From Guillardia theta CCMP2712 (Eukaryota > Protista > Cryptophyta), in contig NW_005434551.1 of the NCBI RefSeq assembly GCF_000315625.1, forward strand, positions 32,324 to 96,323: 64,000 nucleotides of DNA, given 5' to 3'. The translations under genes were made by a program, and so were the position numbers. Under the pieces are notes generated by a model, which saw only the letters and a list, made by a program, of their open reading frames with translations, was not told the origin of the DNA and ran no database searches. Position 1 is the first letter of the stretch. Each line of letters begins with the position of its first letter. Of this stretch, positions 1-15,347 are shown one piece after another.

Positions 1-886
1 ACAACGACCTGGCACCACCTGGGTTTTATCGTAACCCCTGACATCCCTTTGTTATCGTGGGTGTGCTTTGGGTCATTGGCAACTATACAAGCACCGGCTC
101 TGCCCGGCGTTTACAGTCACTACCGTACTTGCAACCACATACAGTTTTAATCCTTCCCTTTGGTTTTATCCCTTTGTGCATATTTTTACGACATCACTCT
201 TATAGCCCGTTTAAGATGTTGTCAACTATGGCCACGGCGGGCCCGTAGGGAAGAGCGTGAAGGCCAGCAGACTCCCATCTCGCCACCCACCACCTCCTCC
301 TTCCATGACAACCATGGCAGTCTTGTCAAGGCGGCTTCCATGCTCGACAGCGGCGGCTGCAAGCACTGCAGAGGATCAGAGATGAGGGAGGGAGGGAGGG
401 AGGGAGGGAGGGGGAGCACCTGGTCGAGGAAGAGGTTCAGACTTCTCTGCCTGTACTTGCTTTCGAACTCTTCCTGTGTCAGGTGCTGCGACGAGGAGCC
501 GAGGAGGAGGAGTGAATGATCTCTGATCCTCTGCAGTGCTTGCAGCCGCAGCTGTCGAGCATGCAGCCGCCTTGACAAGACTGCCATGTCGTCATGGAAG
601 GAGGAGGTGGTGGTGGCGAGATGGGAGTCTGCTGCCTTCACGCTCTTCCCTTCTGCCCCCCTTGCCATTGTTGACAACCTCTCAACGGTTTTGAGAGTGA
701 TGTGTAAAACATTAAAAAAAGGATAAAACAAAAGGGAGGATACAACATGTTTGTGGTTGCTAGTACGGTAGTTGTACTGTAGACGCAGGCAGAGCCGGTG
801 CATGTTGAGTTGTCCATGAACGAAGAGAGTCTCAGATAGTAGAAGGTTGTCAGGGTTATGTTAGTACTCGGTGTGCTGGTAGTTGT
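1..886. repeat. Long imperfect inverted repeat (arms ~1-383 and ~518-886, ~135 bp loop)
   Basis: GGGAAGAGCGTGAAGGCCAGCAGACTCCCATCTCGCC...GCAAGCACTGCAGAGGATCAGAGAT (~248-383) is the near reverse complement of ~518-652. Similarity continues, decaying, out to positions 1 and ~886. Confidence 0.9.
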
Positions 887-1710
887 GTCATACTCAGCGA
901 TGTTATGGTAATGTGTTATAGTATACTGAGTTAAAAAACAGCGGTGTTTGTTACAGTAGAAAGTGTTAGTGGAAGTCGGTGGGATAGTAGAAGTAGTAGT
1001 CGGTGTTATGGCGTAGGCAGAGATTGAGTACGGTAGCCTTGAAGTTCGGAAGGGCGAGGGAGGCGAGAGAAAATGAACAGTGAGAGAGAACATGGAGCAT
1101 GGAACAGAGCAGGAGGACGAGGGGCAGAAGAAGCAGAAGGAGGAAGACAAGGAGCAGAAGGGCGAGGAGCAGGAGGGCGAGGAGCAGGAGGACGAGGAGC
1201 AGGAGGAGGCGGAACAGAAAGAGGAGGATCAAACTTTCAAATCACGAGTAGATCCTAGAGCAAGGGCTGAAGCTGCGGTCCCTCTTGAGCCACCTCAGCC
1301 GATGCTGAATGACGGATGGGAAATGATCCAGGAACATCCTGTACCTCAAGTCAGACCTGCTCTCATGTTTGAGCCACCGACCTCTCCGACAGGACGATGT
1401 CGACCAGGTAAGGGTCAGTGGGCTCAAGGCTCTGCATGAAGTAACATTCAGAGTCCCTGCTGAAAGCTGCGAGAAGGTCAGACTGACTCGGACAAGGAGC
1501 AAGGGACCGTGGGAAAAGGACGAGCACGGCAGGCAGGAGCACAGAGAGGAGCATCTCCTCGATCCTCCGCGCCTCCTCGCATCTTCATCTCAAGTCAGCG
1601 ACGTCAAGTGCCTGGAGAGCCGGGACCTGTGTCCGGGGCTGGTCTCAGTGCGAAGATCATGCCAGGAACTAACAGGGGGTGTGCTTCCATGTTGGCTGCC
1701 TGCGTCAGCA

Positions 1711-4373
<2,663 letters not shown>

Positions 4374-5089
4374 ATTTGGCCCGGAGACGTCCATGCTGTC
4401 AGATCTCAAGAGTCTGCATGTTCCAGCTCTTTGCAGGTTCGAGGATGTGAGGAAGGCGTTTCAAACAGTGTGACAGCATGACTGTCCGCCTGTTATTTCA
4501 TGCTTTCCTGTATCATTTTCGCTCCACCAGCCAATCTCACTCGGCTTCTCTCCTTCTCACCTGCTCATCTCTCACACTCCCCATCCTTCTTCACTTCATT
4601 CCGTTGCCTTCCTCCTCTTACTCCTCTCCTCCTCCTCTCCCTCCCTCCTCGCCTCCTCCACCTCGCCATGCATAATGCCGGGCGCAAGTTTCCCCACAAA
4701 CATGACTAGGGAGGGCAAGGAGGGTGGGGTGCATACCCCCACCCTCTAGATCTAACAAGAGTACCCTACCTTATGAGTGAATGAATAGACCACCCCCTTC
4801 CAGGCAATCGCGGGACGGATTTCCTGCAATGGCGCAGGCGATAGGGGAGGAGAAGAGAAGAGGAAGAATGAGAGGGTAACGAGGAGGAGGGGGAGGGATG
4901 ATGAGCAGACAGGGTGAAAGAAGCTCGGGATCAAGAGGAGACTGACCCCAGTGGCTCTGCCGTGTGAAGTGAGGCAGGAGGGCACGTTGAACTTTCGCTT
5001 GTTGTGTTGCTTTAACGAGTGCGAACAATCGTCCTCACTTCATGGTCAGGTGCTGGTTGCCATCGCCCGCCCTTCCATGGCATAGCGAG

Positions 5090-7729
5090 ATGCGAGTGCA
5101 TCGAAGGCTGCTCCTCTCCTCATGTCTCTTCGTCGTTGCCTTTGGAGGCGACACGTCTCGGATAATCGTACCTGACTTGAGGCATGGGAGTCGAGACGCT
5201 CTCGATGTCCGGGCACGTGAAGGGCAATGTTTGAGGCTGAGAGGAGGAAAGCTCAAGTATAAGAACCTCAGAGAGGTCAAACAGCAGAGACTCGCGGATG
5301 AGCGACTGGCGAAAAGAGCGGACGCCCGGAGGAAGCAGAAGTCGAAGGGAAGGGTGCAGCAGAAGGAAAAGACTCCGCGCCGCAAGCCGCAAGCTGGGGA
5401 ACAGGAACCATATGATTCTGATGACGTCGTATGGCAAGCAGGAGCCAAGGACGAGGACCTTTACGGAGATGATTCTGTACCGTCCGACGAGGTTGATCCG
5501 GACTTGTTGTTCGTGTAGAGTGTGATTGGGTGAAATCCAGGCCGAGAGGGAGATATTCTACGAGGCACAGGAGAAAGAAGCTCGTCGAATAGTCGAAAAG
5601 ATCAAAGAACCGTCCAAGGCGATCGATTTCGAAGAAGCTCTTCAAGCCCCTGAGCTCTCAGATGAATTTCCTCCTGACTCTGAGAGTCGCGGGGAGCCTC
5701 TCGAGGTGAAGGAGAGCAGAGGTTCAGGTGCTTGCGGATGCCGGTGACGTGCGGAGGCAGGAGGAAGGCAGGATGGCTCCGCAGACCTACCTTGAGATGC
5801 TGTTCGGCGACGATGTAGAGGCTGTGAGCCGACCGGAGGGGTGAGAAGTTACTTCGTTTCCCGTCTGTTCTTGACGTTGATGTGCAAGGCTGTCGAGGCT
5901 GCTCGACGAGATGCAATCAGCTTGCAACACGATAAGAGAGTTTGTTGAGCCTGTGGTGATGTGCTTGCAGTTGCTGTCAAGGTTAGCGACTTGGACGCGA
6001 GTGTTACTTGACGTGAGACACGTAGGGATATCAAGTCCATGTCAGCGCCGGAGAGCATTCTCTTCATGAAATACTCTGCATTGACCAAGTTTGTCGAGAA
6101 CATCCAAGTGAGGACGAATATGTTTGTTCCGCTCCTGATCAGTTATGCAAGGGTTATGTCATCATGAAGATGGAAGGTTCCAAGGACTCTGGGGAATCGC
6201 GTAAGTTCCTGGAGAATCTGAACTTGTTGTGGTCAGAGTTGAAGGTATAAAGGGAGCCTGAACTCCTTCGCTTCGCTTCGCTTTCCCTTCCCTTCCCTTC
6301 CCTTCCCTTCCCTTCCCTTCCCTTCCCTTCCCTTCCCTTCCCTTCCCTTCCCTTCCCTTCCCTTCCCTTCCCTGCCCTTCCCTTCCCTTCCCTTCCCTTG
6401 GTCACGTTTCCTTTCGTTCCTAATCCTTCCTTTCCTTTCACCTCTCGTTTCCTTTCGTTACCTCAACTCCCTTCTCTTCCCTTGTCTTGTCTGAATGTCC
6501 ACTCCAATAGGTGATCGCAACTTTTGAATCCCAATTCTCAACAGAAATACAAGAAATGCTCGCAAATGTGAGACTTTTTTTTCTTGTCTCCCGTCGTTCC
6601 TGCCCATATTGTTGTTTGTCTTTGCACTGACATGCTTGTTTGTAGATTGGAAGCAATCGAGCGAAACGAGTGAAAATCAAAAAGAAGCCAAGGTAAGAGA
6701 GGGTAGAAGGGAAACAAATGCTCACATGTCGCCTCAAGCACTCCAGCCGTCAAGTCAACGTCGCAAGACAGAAGGATGGATGAGATAGATGTGAGATGAG
6801 CACTTAGAAGACTTGAACACTCTCGTGTGACTGCCGTTGTCTGTTCAGATCAAGTTGCAGAAGGAAGAAAGGTTCGAGGAAGCCCTGGAGAGTAAAGATC
6901 TAGACCCGACCGTTGCGTTGGACAAGGTGCGATCACTATACCACGGCTGCTCCCTCACCTTGCTCCAGGGCTCGCAGTTCTGGCGGCGAAAGCTCAAGGA
7001 GGCAAAGCAGCTGCACATGATCGTGAGAGAGGACAAGCGAGAACTGAACACGGTGAGGAGAGGGAGAGGAGGCGACATGGGATGACTCTGTTGCAGGATG
7101 AGCAATACAAGGCTGAACGACTGGTTCGCACTCTCCTTTCTCCACATGCTGTAGGGCAAATCTTCTTACTGCTTGCATGCAGGAGTACTTCCAACAGATG
7201 TCGGAAATCGCAAAAGCAGCAGAGATGAAGAGGAGTGGGGAGGATCAGCATCAACGGATTGAAGGGACGGTGCTCCTAGAAGGAGGACGACGACCCGCGT
7301 CATATGGCATGCTGACCAACACAGTGGGAGTGAAGAGAAGATATCGAAATCGCCGGGATAGCAATCCTAGGCTACGGTGCTCTTTCTTTCTCGCTAGCAG
7401 CTTGTTCCCTGCTCTACTGCGTCTTCCTCCCCTCTCGCTTTCGAGCCATCTTCTTCACCCTTGTCTCCTTGCTTTCCTTGTCCTCTCTACCTCTTGTTGC
7501 TCGCTCACTGTCGTCTAGCCTCCGCCATAAGTACCACAACCTCATCATCCGCGCTCGAGGAAAGACAAGGAAAGTCAGGACCGAGAAGGAGCATGGTACA
7601 CCAGCGCTCGCATCTACTTTGGTAATTGACGTCCCTCCAGGATACGTAGGAGAAGAGACGGGAATCAATCCCAAGGCCAAGCACAGTGTCAACTTGAAAT
7701 GGGATGCCAAGGCGATTCGCAAGATATGA
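5090..7729 (+). CDS. SAS10/UTP3: Sas10/Utp3 family SSU-processome protein with N-terminal signal peptide plus LRLRGG (multi-exon)
   Basis: The spliced C-terminus RRPASYGMLTNTVGVKRRYRNRRDSNPRLR|LRHKYHNLIIRARGKTRKVRTEKEHG|YVGEETGINPKAKHSVNL fits the Sas10 C-terminal domain pattern (R.I.Y.I..N.GL...R.K...NPRVK.R.KY......G....R.....YGGE.TGI......SV.L). The N-terminus is MRVHRRLLLSSCLFVVAFGG...CLRLRGGK, followed by basic and acidic tracts. Confidence 0.72.
6266..6398. repeat. (CCTTC)n pentamer microsatellite, intronic
   Basis: Tandem CCTTC array inside the intron that starts GTATAA at ~6245. Confidence 0.95.
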
Positions 7730-7952
7730 GGACTGAAGGGGTTGGGAGATCGCACACGAATTTTCGAGCGGACTGAAAGGTGCAGGAAATTGAAGACTGT
7801 CTCCAAGATTGTCAGAAGTGCAAGCAGAAGACAGAGGAGGAGGAGGAGGAGGAGCCGGGGGAGGAGTGAAGGGGGGACGAAAGCAAGGTTTATTTCACAC
7901 GAGGTCTTTTCCTAGCTGTCACGTGTTGATGCGGTCGATGTACTGAAGCATC

Positions 7953-9550
7953 TTAAGGTTCCTGTCGATGTTGCACAGCCTCCTCTGCTCGTAATCGCTC
8001 ACCCTCCTCTCCTGCTCCTCGCCGTTTGTCCCTGGCGGCATCGGCGCCTCCACAGTCAGCGGCTGCCAACATAGTCAGGCGATCAGAGCACGCGCAGTCC
8101 CTTCCTACCTTCCCTCCTCCGCGCCTGCTGGAACGTTCCACAGTCTGGTAAGGCACCTGTCTGCTGCGGCATGATCGCTTCCTAGGGGACCCGGCAGAAT
8201 ATTCGCTGCCCTCCTCGCTCCTCCTCCTCTTCTCCTCCTTCCAGATAGGTCGCCCGTCCCTTGTGATGCCCACGGCATCAGGGTAGAGCATATCTCGCAC
8301 TCTCCCGCTGTCCACGTGAATCCACTCGTTCCACTTGGGCGGCCAGTCCTTGAAGTTGACACACACCTGCGACACGCCTTACTCCTCCTTCCTCCTCCCT
8401 CCTCCCTCCTCCCTCCTCCCTCCTCCCTCCTCCCTCCTCACATCATCATCATCCCTCCTTCGATCCTCTCACCATGTTCCTAGCGTCATTCTTCTCCACC
8501 ACCTTCGCTCGGTACCATCCGCCCTCCACGTCCTGAGCTTCGATCTCCTTGCCGACTTTCATCTTGGAGCACAAGTAGACGGGGGACCCATCTCGCCGGA
8601 TACTGAGAGCGTCCGGATGTTGGATCGTACGGACGCGACCGCTTGAGATTGGGATCCATTCATCCCACTTGCAGTTCCACCCATCAAAGTTCACCTTCAC
8701 CTAACAGAAGCGAACGTCACGGGAGCGCAAAGAGAGACAGTCACAGTACTTCAGTCTTGAGCACGTTGATGTTCACCACCGTCCCTCGATACCAGTCGCC
8801 CTCCCTATCCTGCGCTTCCACTCTACTCTTGACTTGGAAGTGTGCAGGCGCCTTCTGGACGGTCGAAGCAGGAGGTCGATACTGCACAAAGACCCACCGG
8901 ATCGTGTGCTCGTGGAGGTTGAGGAAGGCCTTCTCCTTATCCTCGTACACTACGTGATGCTTCCTGGTCCTCCAGTCGTACTTGGTAATTACTCCTCTCC
9001 TCCACTGCCCGTCCTTGGGGTCGAAAATGTCGAGAACCCTTCGGAGAATCTCACTCCCGTACTCCACGTTCGTCTCAGGTCGTGAGACCGAGTACTGCTC
9101 CACTTTGCTCGGCACACGCGCACTCGTATGATACCTGGAGGGCTTGTAGACAACTGATGTCAAGGATTCTGCAGCTGTGACATGGTTGACATCCGAGGCG
9201 GGCCCCATCCCGTCACAGAGATCAGCGTCAGTCTGGCGACTCCGGCCCCGGTCACCCTGAGGGCAGACAAGCCAGCCGTCCAGTTCCCTAGGGGTGAAAT
9301 CCAGGGTGATGATTTCATAAGGGTCATTAGACTTTGAATTCTTCCTCGAGGATTTCATGCCCTTGCAACTTTTCGCTGCGCTCGGCACTTTCTTCCTGGC
9401 CGGCCCTGGCGACACCTGGTCTGCCTCGACTTCAGCACGACGGAGGCTCGAGCTGGTTTGCAAAGAAGAGTTCTCATCAGCATGAGATCGAGGCCTTGAA
9501 GTTTCTGTTGGAGAGTGAAAGTATCTATTCTTCACCGGAGCACGCTTCAT
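7953..9550 (-). CDS. Protein with three Tudor/Agenet/Tudor-knot-like (Royal family) domains, probable chromatin reader (multi-exon)
   Basis: Three SH3-like barrels with aromatic-cage residues: LRRVLDIFDPKDGQWRRGVITKYDWRTRKHHVVYED; VEAQDREGDWYRGTVVNINVLKTE|VKVNFDGWNCKWDEWIPISSGRV; IEAQDVEGGWYRAKVVEKNDARNM|VCVNFKDWPPKWNEWIHVDSGRV. Confidence 0.8.
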
Positions 9551-10353
9551 CCTGGAGTTTGATGAGTCAGAAGTTACATTCCAACATGACTGGAGCGCTT
9601 ATCTATCTCTCCTTTGCTACACACTGCACTATGACAGGGCAAACCACACAATCCTATCACAGCTAAAAACAACACTTTCAATGTGATGGTGCAACCCTTG
9701 AGAGAATTCTTGCAGGATCAACTCGATGAGAAACAAACAAACACACACACTCCTCGGCCATGGATCTTTGAGTGATTACAAAACGCAATTGCCTCGGAAC
9801 AGCATGAGAAACAAATGGAAATCATAGTAGCGCGGATATTTAGTAGGATACCATACTGTAAGTTGAAGGGCAGGTGTTGAAGGAAAAAGAGTTGTCAGCG
9901 GATGTAGCATCGCTGTCGCAGATTGCGGGGGAGTGCCAGGTGGTAGAGACGAGCAGGAGAAGAGAGGGAAGAGCAAAATGTGGAACATGCAACAAAGGAG
10001 AGTAAGATGAGGAGAGACATATCGCAAACAATTCGTGTATCCTCTACCTCGTCTACCTCCTCATGGTCCCTCACTATTTGCTCTATCTATCATCTCTCCT
10101 CCTTTCCTGCCGTTCCGAATAATATTTCATGTTGTCCCGCGCAGCATCTCCTCTTTGCTCCTCTCCCCTCCTTCTCCTTCTCCTTCTCCTTCTCCTTATC
10201 CTCTCCTTCTCCTCTCCTTCTCCTTCTCCTCTCCTGCTCCTCTCCTCTCCTTCTCTCTTCTCTTTTGTTCTCCTCCTCCTCCTCCTCCTCCCCTCCCCTC
10301 TCCTCCTCCTCCTTTCTTCTGCTCTGCTCTCCTTCTCCTTCTCCTCTCTTTTC

Positions 10354-10700
10354 CAGCAGGTAGAGCAGCAGGTAGAGCAGCAGGTAGAGCAGCAGGTAGA
10401 GCAGCAGGTAGAGCAGCAGGTAGAGCAGCAGGTAGAGCAGCAGGTAGAGCAGCAGGTAGAGCAGCAGGTAGAGCAGCAGGTAGAGCAGCAGGTAGAGCAG
10501 CAGGTAGAGCAGCAGGTAGAGCAGCAGGTAGAGCAGCAGGTAGAGCAGCAGGTAGAGCAGCAGGTAGAGCAGCAGGTAGAGCAGCAGGTAGAGCAGCAGG
10601 TAGAGCAGCAGGTAGAGCAGCAGGTAGAGCAGCAGGTAGAGCAGCAGGTAGAGCAGCAGGTAGAGCAGGCAGAGCAGCAGGTAGTGTAGAGCAGGTAGAG
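10354..10700. repeat. (CAGGTAGAGCAG)n 12-bp minisatellite, ~26-29 units
   Basis: Near-perfect tandem array directly after a long CT-rich tract ending TTTTCCAG. Confidence 0.97.
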
Positions 10701-10935
10701 CGCAAGTCTGAGCAGAAATTCTGTAGAGGAAGGTGGGTATGAGCGGGGATGTGCCTTTGCTGGCTCTGGTCGGCGGGGGGCCCGGTAGATTTGACCACAA
10801 TGACCGTTTCTGGTCAAATCTTTCTCCTAGTATGCCACCCGTACTGATTCTGATAGTACCCCATATTATCATGCAATTATGAGCCAATAAGAGAGGGTAG
10901 GGATATGACCCCCTACCCACGAACATCAAGACATT

Positions 10936-11835
10936 TTGATTGTGGGCGAAATGCTGGGCAGTGGAGGGTACGATGCGGCGCTGGATGCGTTCATTCGCTC
11001 CTCTGTGGCGATACAACCTCCTCTTGAGACGAAGACCCACAGAACTCCAGCAGAAGAGAGAGGAAGAGCGAAACTCGTGCGTGAAAATGAAGAATTGAAG
11101 CAAACGCTCCTCGACGCCATGGTCGAACCTGTTCGCCATCGGTGCTGTTCCTGTCTTTCTAAAAGAGAATTGAAGGATGTAGGAAGTGACTTCATTTTGC
11201 AGGAAATTACATACAAGTATGCACGACAGGAAATGTCGGGAGAGTTCTTCGAATTTATCTCGAAATGAGACACACGAAGCGCCATCGAAGATTGGGTCGC
11301 CAGGCAAAGGAAACAACACACATATGAAAACATCCCAGCATCAAACTAGCAGCGCAAGCGGGCAAGTCAAAATTGCAAAGCGAGAAAGGTTGAGCGAGAA
11401 GGAGAACATGAGGAAGGCTGATTATCAAGTCAACTACAAGTATTTGAACGCCAAAGTTTTGAAACAGCTACACAAGGTCTATGATCTAATAGACACGTTG
11501 GATATTGACATCGCTGTTCAAGACTGAACCACAGTTTGAATCGATAGAAGAAATGCTGCCGAAGAGAAGAATCACTCCTTCTCTGGTGTTGCCCTTGTGT
11601 CTGTGTTGAAACTTGTGTAATGAGATTGTGGGAGTAGGATTGGATGGCTTTCACCCTCACAGATTCGATTCGATGTCGCATCATGCGGGATCATTGTGAG
11701 GTAACAGGCATGACTTGTTATTTTGCAATCATCAACATGTTTCAGATTCCGGTTGTCTCCTCAGATGGTTTCATGCGGAAACATGTGAAGTTTTACGATG
11801 GTTTGAGACGTGCACTGATGAGGTTCGCAGATTGA
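10936..11835 (+). pseudogene. Broken protein-like ORF fragments of unknown family
   Basis: Consecutive protein-like fragments (10936-11268, 11186-11527, 11644-11835) separated by stops and frame shifts, without clear introns. Confidence 0.25.
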
Positions 11836-12399
11836 AAGCATGATGTATGATATGCAAGTTGAAAACTGGCAGGTGAGGAAAAAAAGGAGTCAGAGAACAT
11901 CAACACTTACATGTGATCCAGATCTGCCATCAGTTTCAGCAAAGCAGGTCGAAAGATGTTGACAAGTGAGATGAGACGAGATTGGTGAGAACGGTTTGCG
12001 ACTGATGAATGTTTGCCAGGTTTATGAATCGCGCGCCTTCGCCACTTGAGCTAGTTTGATTGAAGTTGAAGATTGAATGATGAAAACGAATCGAGAGATG
12101 ACAACAAGCAATGATGAAGTCAGAAGATGAAGAGAATAACAATGAAGTTGATGATTTAATGATGAAAATGAATAGCGAGATAACAAGGAAATAACAAGAA
12201 GGAAACAATGAAGTTAGAAGATGAAAAGAATATCAATCAGTCGAATGCCAGTCGTCGTTGAGCCAGGGGTCGAAGTGAACTTCAACTTCAAACTGGGAAG
12301 AGCAATATCAGCACGCAGGAGCAGAAGTAGCAGGGGAAGGACAGGGGCAGGAGGAGGGGGAAGGACGGGAAGGGTTTATAGCAGCAGAAGAAACAGATG

Positions 12400-12594
12400 A
12401 AGAAGGAAGTGGAGGGGGAGGGGCAGAAAGGGCAGGGATGGTGATAGAGGAAGGAGCTGGGGAGTGAGGGGACAGGGAGGAGGGGGAGAGTCAACATGGT
12501 CGAGATGATTGAGGTCGTCGTTGGGTTTGCTGGTCTGGTCGTGAGCGGCTGACGGGAGGAAAGAAAGAGTCCTGCACAAGAAAGTGAGAGGAGG

Positions 12595-12637
<43 letters not shown>

Positions 12638-15310
12638 AGAAGACCAGGACCAGGACGAGGGAGAGGACGAGGACGAGGACGAGGGAGAGGGAGAGGAGAG
12701 CAAGGAGGTGGTGTTGATGATGATGGTGATGGAGGAGGAGGAGGTGGTGGTGGTGGATCAAGGGGATCAGAAAGAGACAGTGGGAGTAGAAGGACCCCTC
12801 CTTACCTAGCGTGCTCTGTCATCTCCTCCTCTTCGTGCTCCAGCAGAGTCTTTGATAAGGTAAGAAGGTAGCCTTCCAGCTTCCGCTCAGTCACCTGATC
12901 ATGCGCAGCGTCTTCCTCTTCCCCCTTGGCTCTCGTCTCTCCTTCCCCCTCCTCCGTCTTCTCGTGCTCTGTCGCTTTTGTGCTCTGCCCTCCTCCTGTC
13001 CCCTGTCTTCCCGTGTTGTCGTGCTTGCCCTTCGAGCTGCCCTGACCATCCTCCCTGTCCTCTGCTCCAGTATCCGACATCTTGACTCGCTGCTTGAAGA
13101 GCTCGTGCAAGAGCGTCATGGTTGAGAGCTGAGCGTGTGCGACTGAGTGAAAGAAGAGATTGTGCTCAGAGCAGAAGGTCGTGAAGTGAAGGCGCGATGA
13201 AACGACCCGACAGTCGATGAGCGGCTCGTCTGTGCGGTCGATTGCGCGATCGCCAAGCTGAGGGTAAAGAAGTGTGAGGAAGAGGAGGAAGGGGGAGAGA
13301 AGGAAGGGGAAGATGAGGGGAGGAGGGAGGGAGGAGGAGGGAGGGAAGGAGGAAGGAGGGAAGGAGAGAAGGAGGGAGGGAGGGAGGGAGGGAGGGAGGG
13401 AGGGAAGGTGAAGGGGAGTCTTACTTTAGGAAGAATGGNNNNNNNNNNNNNNNNNNNNNNNNNNNNNNNNNNNNNNNNNNNNNNNNNNNNNNNNNNNNNN
13501 NNNNNNNNNNNNNNNNNNNNNNNNNNNNNNNNNNNNNNNNNNNNNNNNNNNNNNNNNNNNNNNNNNNNNNNNNNNNNNNNNNNNNNNNNNNNNNNNNNNN
13601 NNNNNNNNNNNNNNNNNNNNNNNNNNNNNNNNNNNNNNNNNNNNNNNNNNNNNNNNNNNNNNNNNNNNNNNNNNNNNNNNNNNNNNNNNNNNNNNNNNNN
13701 NNNNNNNNNNNNNNNNNNNNNNNNNNNNNNNNNNNNNNNNNNNNNNNNNNNNNNNNNNNNNNNNNNNNNNNNNNNNNNNNNNNNNNNNNNNNNNNNNNNN
13801 NNNNNNNNNNNNNNNNNNNNNNNNNNNNNNNNNNNNNNNNNNNNNNNNNNNNNNNNNNNNNNNNNNNNNNNNNNNNNNNNNNNNNNNNNNNNNNNNNNNN
13901 NNNNNNNNNNNNNNNNNNNNNNNNNNNNNNNNNNNNNNNNNNNNNNNNNNNNNNNNNNNNNNNNNNNNNNNNNNNNNNNNNNNNNNNNNNNNNNNNNNNN
14001 NNNNNNNNNNNNNNNNNNNNNNNNNNNNNNNNNNNNNNNNNNNNNNNNNNNNNNNNNNNNNNNNNNNNNNNNNNNNNNNNNNNNNNNNNNNNNNNNNNNN
14101 NNNNNNNNNNNNNNNNNNNNNNNNNNNNNNNNNNNNNNNNNNNNNNNNNNNNNNNNNNNNNNNNNNNNNNNNNNNNNNNNNNNNNNNNNNNNNNNNNNNN
14201 NNNNNNNNNNNNNNNNNNNNNNNNNNNNNNNNNNNNNNNNNNNNNNNNNNNNNNNNNNNNNNNNNNNNNNNNNNNNNNNNNNNNNNNNNNNNNNNNNNNN
14301 NNNNNNNNNNNNNNNNNNGCAACAGACCCGGGAAGGCAACTGAGAAGATGTGAGAAGAGACGGTTGTGAACAGGCCGAGTCACCGGAAGACGAGAATAGC
14401 TTTGCATCTGCAAACTGACGTCAGAAACGATTTGCAGATGTAACATGGACAGAAGAAAAGAACAAGAACAAGACAAAAGGAGGAAGAAAAGGAGGAAGGA
14501 GGAGAGAGGAAGGTAGAAAGAGGAGGAGGAAGAGGAAGAGGAGGAGGAAGAGGAGGTGGAGGTGGAGGTGGAGGTGGAGGTGGAGGTGGAGGAGGAGGGA
14601 GGAAACTCGTCCAGATGACATTCAAAAGTCTCTTTACCTGTATGTGTGTGGTGAAATCCCTTCTTGCTGGGTTGTTTTCTTTACATCCGCAACAACCTTG
14701 CAAACAATCAGCTTCAAACAACAACAGAAATGAAAGGGCATTGAAGAATAAACATCAGAATAATCAGCAAACAAAGATAACACTACACAAGTGACATTCT
14801 TCTCACTTTGACAAACACTGAAGACGTGACTTGCTGAGCTTTCTTTGTCAACCAAACTCCGAGAGGATGATCTGACCAACTGAATCAGCAACACACACTC
14901 GAACATTCCAACTTTCGCAAACCTGCGAGCTCCCGTTGGCTCCTTCCCTGAAGAGCTTTCTTTGCCGCTGACAAATCTGCATCGGAGATCTGAGCGCAAG
15001 TCAGGTTGCAACGACGAACAAAGACAAGAAAACGTTCGCTCAAGGGAAGAAGAAACAACTTCATAACACCCGACGCCTCCTGACTCAACTTACCTGTGGA
15101 ACTCCATGTGCAGAACGAGGCTCGTCTGACGGCAACCTTTGACGCTTGCTGACGTCATCGATTGAATAAGTCGAGCTACTGAAAGATTGTCGTCATGTCT
15201 AAGTTGTTACCACCCTCTTGCTCCTTCATGGTAACGCTTATTATCACTAGTACACCCTGCTTCACTAACACCTGCTGCTGCTACTGCTACTGCTACTGCT
15301 GCTGCTGCTG

Positions 15311-15347
<37 letters not shown>

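Noticed and set aside
1080-1700. Plus-strand acidic ORF with a possible intron at 1408
   Set aside because: Low-complexity, with no recognisable domain, and it abuts the uncertain 3' end of the minus-strand gene. Too little support for a gene model.
10035-11319. Long ORFs with (AAGR)n, (TCCS)n and (LLYL)n
   Set aside because: Stop-free frames of a 12-bp minisatellite plus a CT tract.
13116-14476. 300-400 aa ORFs
   Set aside because: They run through the N gap.
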